From Glycera tridactyla (Eukaryota), in contig OZ286461.1 of NCBI GenBank assembly GCA_965644265.1, positions 99,014,001 to 99,078,000 of the forward strand: a DNA stretch of 64,000 nt. The letters are read 5' to 3'. Below are positions 50,471-61,405 of this stretch, in pieces; the first letter of the stretch is position 1; each line of letters opens with the position of its first letter. Under the pieces are notes generated by a model. The model made no database searches. It saw only the letters and a program-made list of their open reading frames with translations, and was not told the DNA's origin. The translations under genes were made by a program, and so were the position numbers.

Positions 50471-53149
50471 TTGTGCGTGTTGGGTGAGCGGCTGTGTGTT
50501 ACCGAATCAATAGACGATGGAGGGGGCACTTGTCAAGTAGATGATGATGGTAACGGTGACCGTAGTGGCGATTACGATGAAAATGGCAGTTCGCTATTGT
50601 GACAGTGAGATATAACTGGATCACACCATAGAAGGGACGACGAACCAATGGGTATGAGAATGAAGTTGCTGATTGCTGATGAGTTCATTGTGTTGATGCT
50701 ATATGTGGTGAGTCTGCGAGCATTATGTATGGCGAATCACATGGGGGAATTAGCTATGCTGTAACTTGTTCGCCCTCTCCCCCTCTCTCGCTATCTCTTA
50801 TTCTCTCTGTCCCCCTCTATTAGTCTTTCTCTAACGTGTTTCACTTCCATGTCTAATTATCCGCTCTCCCTGTNNNNNNNNNNNNNNNNNNNNNNNNNNN
50901 NNNNNNNNNNNNNNNNNNNNNNNNNNNNNNNNNNNNNNNNNNNNNNNNNNNNNNNNNNNNNNNNNNNNNNNNNNNNNNNNNNNNNNNNNNNNNNNNNNNN
51001 NNNNNNNNNNNNNNNNNNNNNNNNNNNNNNNNNNNNNNNNNNNNNNNNNNNNNNNNNNNNNNNNNNNNNNNNNNNNNNNNNNNNNNNNNNNNNNNNNNNN
51101 NNNNNNNNNNNNNNNNNNNNNNNNNNNNNNNNNNNNNNNNNNNNNNNNNNNNNNNNNNNNNNNNNNNNNNNNNNNNNNNNNNNNNNNNNNNNNNNNNNNN
51201 NNNNNNNNNNNNNNNNNNNNNNNNNNNNNNNNNNNNNNNNNNNNNNNNGACACAATACTAGAGATCCCAATAGCAGTTCTCAAAGCCGATGTCTACAATA
51301 ATCATGCAAGAACAAACTAGCCTGGAGATTTGGGTTTGGGTTTGCCAAATTGGGTCAACATATTCGTGAAGAGAGATATAGCAAGTTTGAGACAGGGAGC
51401 CCAAGCTTACTTTAGGCCATATCAAGAGTTCGTGGAAGCCATCAGCAGAACAGAACCACGCATGAGTACACACCAACCTCAGACCGCTGCTGACTTTCAT
51501 GACAACTCATCGGTGGAGCATAGCTTCCATCTCTACAATCTGCCTTTGGTACACTAACTACTTCCATCATTTGCCGGATCTACATAATTACTTTGAGTAT
51601 GGAATCGGTCTCTCAGTTCGTCGCAGTCACGACAGTTCACTACGCACAAAAGATTCAAAACGTTTATCACGTAGATGAGGATAGCCAAACCTTTGAGATC
51701 CGTCTCATCGACTCCATTGGGATGAAATAGAAAGATGTCGTGATATGAGCCATGGGTATTCGACGGGCCAAATAGAAACATTGTCGATCATTCTCTTAAT
51801 TTGTGCTGACACCTGCCCACTGAATAAGTGGATGCAGCTCACCACAAGGCATTCTGCCAAAAGCATTTCCTTACACCATAACTTGCACAGGCCCGCAAAC
51901 TGTAATTCGATTCCAATTTTGTCAGACATACATTGATATTGATTTGATTTGATATGGTATTTCATTTCACTCAAGATAGAAACCCCGAAGACGTCATTAT
52001 TAAAAGAAACTACAAGTGAACAAGTTCACGAACAAACCATTGAGTATATACATGAAAATAAAGGAGATTGGCAAAATATGTGTGAAGAAGAATGTAGATT
52101 GGAAATGGTAAATATATATTCTGTTGTTCTGGATTGGTTTTCGTTCAGAATTCGTTGGCATATACAATCTTGAAGAATTACGTCTACTGCGTCTTTCTGA
52201 GTGGCGAAAGCTAGGTTCTCTGTGGATGATTGGGAACTAGAAGAGTGGAACAAGTGGAACTAGCTCGCAGGCAAATGTCTTCACAGAAAAGCGGTCACAG
52301 GATCACGAGATCATTTAGCTCGAGCAAGATCTTTCCCAGGAGGATCTTCAGGGAACTGTACTGTACAGTACAAGCCGTTACCAACCTGTATTTATCACGC
52401 AGTGATATATGATTCGATAAGATAAACAACAAAATTGCTCGCTTGTGATTCAAATGCGTACGGTCTGACGACACCCGAAAGGTGAGTCACGGAATTTTTG
52501 GGAGGTCGGGAGCTAGACTTCTAACCTAATCAAAGCAAATCAAAGCCACGCGGTGCCGAGAACTCGGATTTGACTGCTTATATAGAACTGAGGGCAGGTC
52601 TTGATCCACCAATTTCCTAGGATTTCAAAATCAATGATGGCGTTGCATCAGTCACAAATCCATGAAAGGAATGAATGCTTTAGATCTCCGAAATTTTCCA
52701 TCTGATGCAATTCACCGGATCCGATGAGATCACTCCCTGTGGAATTTCTTATCCGCCTGCCTATGAGGCATTCCCATTACTCTCGCAGAAGTATCACCAT
52801 GCGTCGACACGAGATTTACTGTTATTGAGACAATTCAATGGTTTCGTTTCTATTTTTATACGTGCTTAGAGTGAATATGTGCCAGGTAGACATGCCATCA
52901 TCCTGATCATTATCATAACTGCTTTATGCGCAAAAAAAAATGTTACAAATCAAAAATCAAATCAAATCAAATAACCGATCCTCTTCTCCCATGATCCTTC
53001 ATGACTTTTCCATCGAGCAGATCGCTGTTCATGCATGAATTAGATTTGTAGCCAAGAGTGCGGCTGCCATTTTATATTTCATCCTCGCCGGCCTTTTTTG
53101 TTAACACGTTTATTGGGTAGCTTCTGTGTATCAAGGCGAACTATAACGT

Positions 53150-53300
53150 TCGCCTTCTCAGAACATATATATTCACTGATAATGTTCATAACCCTCACTT
53201 TTAGATGGTATACAATGTTCACGAAGAGCCCTAAGAAATGTCCATACCCACAAAGCAACGGCCACAGTGCAAATTCGTGTCACCTTCTCCATGCATTACT
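53150..53300 (+). mobile_element. Decayed Ty3/Gypsy integrase core fragment
   Basis: IFTDN (53169-53183, cf. IxTDNG) followed after a frameshift by SP..CPYPQSNG (53245-53262, cf. SPxYPQSNG). Confidence 0.5.
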
Positions 53301-55608
53301 CGAACCCGACAAGATGAGTACCATCCAGGTTGGTTCAAGAGAGTCAAGGTTGTGGCTGCATATTGGTATGGGTGTAGAAGACTACAAAAGCACTATTCAT
53401 GTTGGTTTCACGGTATTGTCTTTTCCCAACGGTGCGTCATTCGGTCTTAGAGTCATTTGTCAAACCCAACTAATATTTCCTCAGTCACATATCCATCAGC
53501 TCCTGATATATTTGGTATGTACTTGACCAAATCAGGCAGTCACGTGACAATCGGACAATCAATTGGTTGGCTGTCCAACTCCACAGGCACACCAGCTATA
53601 TTGAGACAGACACGTGTTAGGCAGGATTGGGACCGTTGGAGTCTTATACCACCGATTACACAACTGAAGTTTGAGGGATAGGATGAATCACTAATCTTTG
53701 AAAAGTTATTTTGAACGCCAGCAATCAGGACGAGCATATGATGATGCAATTTCCAGACACGCATAGTTAAGAACCTCTCTCGAACCAGACTTGGATTGTT
53801 CCGACAGCCTACAGTTCTATTATGTCCACAACGTGGTGTATGGTCTGCAAGATATTGGCAATATACCCACTACACAATGTATCACGCCGTGGGTTGTGTT
53901 CATATTACTGGTAATTCCCCATTCATCCTTTTCTGGTGGCATTCCCATTCATGAAAGATACTTCAGAAGAGCAAGTAGCAGCAGAATTATTTGGATCTAC
54001 AGGTCGACTCTGATTCACAGGCGGCCTTTATGGAAATGAGCCCTCTGGTGATTGACCCCAATCACCTGGAAGATTGGGTCGTGACATCTGGGGTCGAGAA
54101 GTTGTCACAGTTCGACCGCAACCATGTTTAATCCTGATTGTACTCCCATGAAGGTGCGTGCGCAACATGGAAATCGAGTCATCCTCATTCACACCTGCAC
54201 CTTGATGTGGACAGTGGGGTTCACACTTCGGGCTAATTCCTGTGTGGATGACATGTCGAGAGAGTTGTAGCTTAATCTGCCCTTTTTGGAGATCAAGTGG
54301 ACAATAACCCACGCGCTGATTACCGAAGGGATCGAATTATGATTCGGGTTGTCACTCAAGTACAAGCAAGAATGTTGATTTTAGGGCACAAAATGTTTAT
54401 TGGTTTGGTTGAGGTCTAACGGCATGGTCAAAGTAGTCAAAGCTGTTGGAGCACTATCTATTAGGTTTACGAGATGAAGGGTTTCTCAATATCAGCAATG
54501 ATGGCTTTCGATAGCTTTCTCAGCGTCACAAATGTGCTGCCGACAATGATGGATTCCGAATTCTACAGATGATCAAGCCAGGCACAATCGGGATGTAATG
54601 CCTCGAAACGTTGCATGTCTGTTTGAAAAACAGACAAATGGAAACTGTGGAGATGGACATTCCGTCGGTTCATGATATTTGCGAAGGTAACAGGTTTCGA
54701 ACAATCTCAATGTGGTTCTTATATCATATTATCTAAAACACACATGGCAACTTTCATCTTTCATCAAACATGCATCGGATGAATTTGTGACAAACGCTGT
54801 CAAACCATGGCTACTGACCAGTAATATTGATAGAGTGAAAAACACCAGATCCAAAATCGGGAGGGTACGCTACATTCTAATTCAGGATTCCTGCATCATC
54901 CCCTTCAGAATGGATGATTGATGCAGATAATTAAGTCACACCTGTTGTGACTCCGAGTTGTTGGCACATTGTATATGATTCTGAAATTCATGTTCACACG
55001 CCTTGCCTGAATATCCCAGCTGAATATCCATATCAAGCACCCCGATATCACGAGCCACCCTCATAATTGAGCAATCAGTTTTTCTGCACTGTACTATGTA
55101 TCTTATTGCCTTGCATTACATTGCATTTCAATTTGCAAGTGAAGCGTGAACACGAGCAGCTCCACGTGACAAGTCTCATTCGTCTTCACCTACAAGCCTA
55201 TTAGCTGTTGGGTGGGTGTTGAGGTGGTCACCTAAAAAGCAATTTGTATGTACGAGTTTCGCAGGGCAGTAGTTAGCATACACATTCCGAATTTCCTGTT
55301 TGTTCCGTTGGCACACGACTTGTATTCAAATAAGTGATGTGGCCAGCTTAGGAAACCCAAAATCTCATGGCCATGCAAGTTCATGATACAGTCTTCAAAT
55401 GCTTCGAAACCGTCACTTCTTAGGAGATGTATATGTCAATCCATCCATATCAATGCCCATCATCTCAAACAGCAACAACAACATACTCAACAAGTTTCAT
55501 GATCACTCAGAGTAAATTCTGATTTCAAAATGTGATCATAAATCCAGTATGATGCAAAGAACGAAGTGACGGCCCGGTGTGTTTGGTCGTGTGCGTACGT
55601 GCGTATGC

Positions 55609-55610
55609 GT

Positions 55611-55696
<86 letters not shown>
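55609..55696. repeat. (GT)n microsatellite
   Basis: About 40 near-perfect GT units. Confidence 0.98.
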
Positions 55697-55698
<2 letters not shown>

Positions 55699-55849
55699 CC
55701 AGGCGCACGTTTGTGTGTGTGCTTCTGCTCCAATTGCCATGGCTAAGTATCCAGAATTATATGCATTATCAGGTATGGGATCATTATCTAACTATCATTG
55801 AGAGGATGTCATGTGATATGTAGCTCAGCCTTCTACGATAGATCCGAAA

Positions 55850-56050
55850 TAGGGGTGGCTTCATCGATATAATTCGAGTAATTGCTATACAGTGATGTAT
55901 CCGCAGGCAAATATGCACTTATGTCATTCCGTGTTTTACAGCAAGAAGAGCCTAGCCTGTTCAGAAAAGAAACCCTCTCTCTGGCCACTTTGTTCATAAT
56001 ATTTTGGTCCATTCACTCGTTGTGGAAATTTTCACTGAGGTCCATGTTCT
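55850..56050 (-). mobile_element. Possible decayed CR1-group LINE C-terminal fragment
   Basis: Minus strand QNIMNKVARERVSFLNRL resembles the HIxxIxxKAxxxLxFLxR block that follows the RT thumb. Confidence 0.35.
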
Positions 56051-56414
56051 TCCCAACCTGCCCAATCTAAGCAGCCTGCCTACCAGTACATATTCAAACA
56101 TATCCTAAGCATGATCATTGTACTCAGGCTTCGAACAAAATTGCGAATCATCTTGATGTGAGTGTATAGACGTCTGATAGCTCATCCATGTGGCTCATGA
56201 TACCAAAAATAGACATGAATGTCACCATATGTCCAGCTGTTTCCGGGAAAAGGAGTTCATATGTGATCATTCAGGTGGTGACATGGCTGTTTGGGTCTTA
56301 ATGAACTGCTTATGTGAATGATACACTATGTCAGAAATAGTATAGTTGTATATGTAAATAAAGGGTAGAGGTATATACAGATAATATGATTCTAATGAGA
56401 CCAAGATTGAGGGT

Positions 56415-56835
56415 CAAAGAAAATAAATGAACAAATAAATGACTGAATGAATAAATGAACAAATAGATGAATTGGTAAATAGATGAATAAATAAATAAAT
56501 GAATAGATAGATAAACAGATACATGGATGGATGAATGAATGAATAAGAAATGAGTACATACGGTCGAACCTTTTTCAAGGACCACCTCCCTATAAAGACC
56601 ACCTCCCCATAAAGAACACCCTGAGCTGCGACCATGGTAGTATTTTCAACAATAAATGACCTCTCTATAAAGACCACCTCCCGATAAAGGCCGTTTTTTA
56701 TGCGACCAAAGGCGGTCTTCATAGAGAGGTTCGACTGTGAATGAATGAATAAATAAATGGATCAATACATAAATGAACGAATAAATAAATGAATAAATGA
56801 ATGGATAAACGAATGGATGAATGAATAAATCAATA
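56415..56835. repeat. (TGAA/TAAA/TAGA)n tract interrupted by a MITE
   Basis: Tetranucleotide units on both sides of 56561-56737. Confidence 0.9.
56561..56737. mobile_element. Tc1/mariner (pogo/Tigger-type) MITE, 177 bp
   Basis: TIRs CGGTCGAACCT...AGGTTCGACTG; 5' flank TA and 3' flank TG (decayed TA target duplication); internal AAAGACCACCTCCC repeats. Confidence 0.8.
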
Positions 56836-59699
56836 GTAGAGTGGATCTTTTTGCTCGTGTCTGGTGACTGTAGTGTCCACGTTGCCTACCTGGATTCAAT
56901 AGTGGTTGTAACCTCAAACCAGACATGAGAGTATCTCTCTTTAACATGCACTCATGCATAAACGAGCATCTGAGATGGGGACTGAAGTTCAATCACAGGT
57001 ATAGGGGCATCGTGTTCATCAAGCATCTTACTAAAGAATATCTACACCAGCAGTATTGAATAGTTCAGACATTGCTGGCTTTGGCAGTGCTCCAGAACTG
57101 AGATGAAATATATCAGTCGAATAACTCACTTCTCTAAACGGTTAAACAAACTCACCCTTTTAGGATATCACGGGAATTATCCAAACCATTCGACCACAAT
57201 TGTGTCATGATAATAGGTCAGTTGTTTCCTATAATGAGAGCGGGTTACAGTGTTGAGGCAGAGCAGCTTCGATGTTCGAGATAACCGGATCATCAATTTT
57301 CCACACATGCACCCTGGTGCTCTTGTTCAGTCTGCCATCACTCACATTCAGATCTAATCCGAGTACATAACTGCCGTCATCATTTTATCCCTACTGCCCC
57401 CCCCCCCCACTTCACTCTCTGAGAAGATGCAACACCGAATCACTATCAAGGTATTGTGTTCATAGATACAGATGCTCATCAAGCACCCCCATCATCTTAT
57501 GAAATCGACAACTGGGCTTGCAACGACATGGGATGAACATTTTGATTAAGCACATATATATCGGGACAATCTGAGATTTAATGCTTTGCCAGCGCAGTAC
57601 ATGGATAGGTAGATTAGGGTTGTCATGTTCCATGTCGCGATGAAAGCGATGACCATGATTGGGATGTTACCAGCACCCTCAACCACTTCATCATCTTTGA
57701 CGCCAATATCATCAGCACCACCAGTACCATAGCTCCCGCCATCGCTATGAATCCAACAATTCAGAAGAAATAAGAATGAATTAAAAGATGATGAACACAA
57801 ACACATAAATCAGAGAAATGCAGTGTTTTGGAGGTACAAGTAGCGATTTTTCAATTACATATACTGGCAGGCGTCTTCAAAATTAGCCTTCCCAATCAAC
57901 ATGAACAGTACACAGCCCCAAACACACACATCATACAGTTGCTATAGATCTCTTTGATGGTGAAGGTCCAGTATCGAAAAGGGAATCAATTTAGATGAGG
58001 TTGTTCAATTCAACAATACAACAACGATGACAATGAATAATCCACCATCAGCTACGAGACTATCCCATGCCATTTAGTGTCAGCAGACAGGAAGTAGACA
58101 GAAAGGACTGAGTGGTGCTGATCACAAGGTATGCCATATCGACCGTGTTGAGTGTGATACAAAGGAATATGGCGGCGGGATCAAAGAACGTTAATGGAAG
58201 CCATCATGCATTTTTGAGACAAATGTCCTGGGTCCAGCAGGCCACGTCCGTCATCATTTCTCGACACATTTGAGGTCCTGNNNNNNNNNNNNNNNNNNNN
58301 NNNNNNNNNNNNNNNNNNNNNNNNNNNNNNNNNNNNNNNNNNNNNNNNNNNNNNNNNNNNNNNNNNNNNNNNNNNNNNNNNNNNNNNNNNNNNNNNNNNN
58401 NNNNNNNNNNNNNNNNNNNNNNNNNNNNNNNNNNNNNNNNNNNNNNNNNNNNNNNNNNNNNNNNNNNNNNNNNNNNNNNNNNNNNNNNNNNNNNNNNNNN
58501 NNNNNNNNNNNNNNNNNNNNNNNNNNNNNNNNNNNNNNNNNNNNNNNNNNNNNNNNNNNNNNNNNNNNNNNNNNNNNNNNNNNNNNNNNNNNNNNNNNNN
58601 NNNNNNNNNNNNNNNNNNNNNNNNNNNNNNNNNNNNNNNNNNNNNNNNNNNNNNNNNNNNNNNNNNNNNNNNNNNNNNNNNNNNNNNNNNNNNNNNNNNN
58701 NNNNNNNNNNNNNNNNNNNNNNNNNNNNNNNNNNNNNNNNNNNNNNNNNNNNNNNNNNNNNNNNNNNNNNNNNNNNNNNNNNNNNNNNNNNNNNNNNNNN
58801 NNNNNNNNNNNNNNNNNNNNNNNNNNNNNNNNNNNNNNNNNNNNNNNNNNNNNNNNNNNNNNNNNNNNNNNNNNNNNNNNNNNNNNNNNNNNNNNNNNNN
58901 NNNNNNNNNNNNNNNNNNNNNNNNNNNNNNNNNNNNNNNNNNNNNNNNNNNNNNNNNNNNNNNNNNNNNNNNNNNNNNNNAGCAAGTACCTCTTTGCATC
59001 AGGTTGACGTAAATTGGAGGGGAACCAAATCTTTAATTCAGTTACCTCCATACAGTTGCAAAAGCTCTTATATATACATATATATCCATCCATCTTTCCA
59101 TCCTTCCATCCTCCCGACAATCTAAGGTCCTCGGACATGTCTGGAACGTTTCTGACCAGAGCCGTACCTTCTATCCACGCATGTTGAGCTCACATTCGAA
59201 ACGGTCATGTGGCCATTCTGAAATCGTCCTGAAACGCCTTTATGGAAGCAGGCATGTCTATGAGCGTCGGTGGATAAGTTGTTGGATGTATGTATTGGTC
59301 GTTTTTATGGCTCGGTGTCAGTATTGATCCTCATCTCAGTGAGATATAATGAGAAGTGATCTGTAGATGATTAGATTATCTGGCTCTCTCACCCGAGATG
59401 TCACTCTCTACTAGATACTCCGCACTGTACACTAGAATCCTCACCGTCGACATCGGCTGAATGTCACAACTCTCCACCTGAATGACGGGCCATGCCATTT
59501 CTATCTTCTCCATTTCCGATCACGTCCTGTGGGTGAGACGAGCCCATCGACAAGCCTTATCTTTTGAAAAAGTACAACCCTAGTAAACCATGTGATTTGA
59601 TTGCTGCCATGACGTTTAGCCTGTTTTTTCGGCATATCAATACGAGATTGAGTTACCGATGACAGAGAAAGCAATCGATTGCATATTGCTCACTTTGTG

Positions 59700-61405
59700 C
59701 CATGTGTCCTGATCCGCGAAAGTTGGGTGCTTTCCGTGGGTCCCTGATTTGTGGAGGCTGGGTGCTCTCCCCTGCAGGCACTGTGTGCAATGTGTCCCTG
59801 ATCTGTGAAGGCTAGGTACTCTCACCTGCATGTAACTGTATGCCATGTGTCCCTGATTTGTGAAGTTTGGTTGCTTCCCCCGCTGGTACTGTGTTTTATG
59901 TGTCCCTGATTTCTGATGGTTGAGTCTCCTCCCCTGAAGGCTGGGTACTCTTCTCTGCTGGTACTGTGTTTCATGTGTCCCTGATTTGTGAAGGCTGGGT
60001 GTTCTCCCCTGCAGACACAGTGTTTCATGTGTCCCTTATTTGTGAAGGCTGGGTGCTCTCCCCTGCAGGCACTGTGTGTCATGTGTCCCTGATTTGTGAA
60101 GGCTGGGTGCTCCCCCCTGCAGGCATTGTGTTTCATATGTACCTGATTTGTGGAGGCTGGGTGCTCTCCCCTGCTGGTACTGTGTTTCATGTGTTCTGAT
60201 CTGTGAAGGCTGGGTGCTCTTCCCTGCATGCACTGTGTGTCATGTGTCCCTGATTTGTGAAGGCTGGGTGTTCTCCCCTGCATGCACTGTGTGTCATGTG
60301 TCCCTGATTTGTGAAGGCTGGGTGCTCTCCCCTGCAGGCACTGTGTTTCATGTGTCCCTGATTTGTCAAGGCTGGGTGCTCTCCCCTGCAGGCACTGTGT
60401 GTCATGTGTCCCTGATTTGTGAAGGCTGAGTGCTCTCCACTGCAGGCACTGTGTTTCATGTGTCCCTGATTTGTGAAGGCTGAGTGCTCTCCCCTGCAGG
60501 CATTGTGTTTCATATGTACCTGATTTGTGGAGGCTGGGTGCTCTCCCCTGCAGGTACTGTGTTTCACGTCTCCTGATCTGTGAGGGCAGGGTGCTCTTCC
60601 CTGCATGCACTGTGTGTCATGTATCCCTGATTTGTGAAGGCTGGGTGCTCTCCCCTGCAGGCACTGTGTTTCATGTGTCCCTGATTCGTGAAGGCTGGGT
60701 GCTCTCCCCTGCAGTCACTGTGTTTTATGTGTCCCTGATTTGTGAAGGCAGGGTGCTCTTCCCTGCTGGTACTGTGTTTCATGTGTCCCTGATTCGTGGA
60801 GGCTGGGTGTTCTCCCCTGCAGACACTGCGTTTCATGTGTCCCTGATTTGTGAAGGCTGGGTGTTGCACTGTGTGTCATGTGTCCCTGATTTGTGAAGAC
60901 TGGGTGTTCTCCCCTGCAGGCACTGTGTGTCATGTGTCCCTGATTTGTGTAGGCTGGGTGCTCTCCCCTGCAGGCACTGTGTTTCATGTGTCCCTGATTT
61001 GTGAAGGTTGGGTGCTCCCCCCTGCAGGCACTGTGTTTCATGTGTCCCTGATTTGTGAAGGCTGAGTGTTCTCCACTGCAGGCACTGTGTGTCATGTGTC
61101 CCTGATTTGTGAAGGCTGAGTGCTCTCCCCTGCAGACACTGTGTTTCATGTGTCCCTGATTTGTGAATGCTGAGTCCTCTCACCTGCAGACACTGTGCTT
61201 CATGTGTCCCTGATTTGTGAAGGCTGGGTGCTCTCCCCTGCAGGTACTGTGTTTCATGTGTCCTTGATTTGTGAAGGCCGGGTGTTCTCCCCTGCAGGTA
61301 CTGTGTTTCATGTGTCCCTGACTTGTGGAGGCTGAGTGCTCCCCCCTGCAGGTACTGTGTTTCATGTGTCCCTTATTTGTGGAGGCTGGGTGCTCTCCCC
61401 TGCAG
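59700..61405. repeat. Minisatellite, 54-bp unit, about 30-32 copies
   Basis: Consensus GCACTGTGTTTCATGTGTCCCTGATTTGTGAAGGCTGGGTGCTCTCCCCTGCAG. It translates as 18-aa repeats, with several indel-bearing units. Confidence 0.98.

Noticed and set aside
52462-52492. Hammerhead-ribozyme-like CTGACGA-CACC-CGAAA-GGTG
   Set aside because: The required GAAA after stem II is absent (AGTC), and I found no stems I and III.
40416-61405. CRISPR-like appearance of the 42-bp and 54-bp arrays
   Set aside because: Units are contiguous with no unique spacers, there are no cas genes, and the context is eukaryotic.
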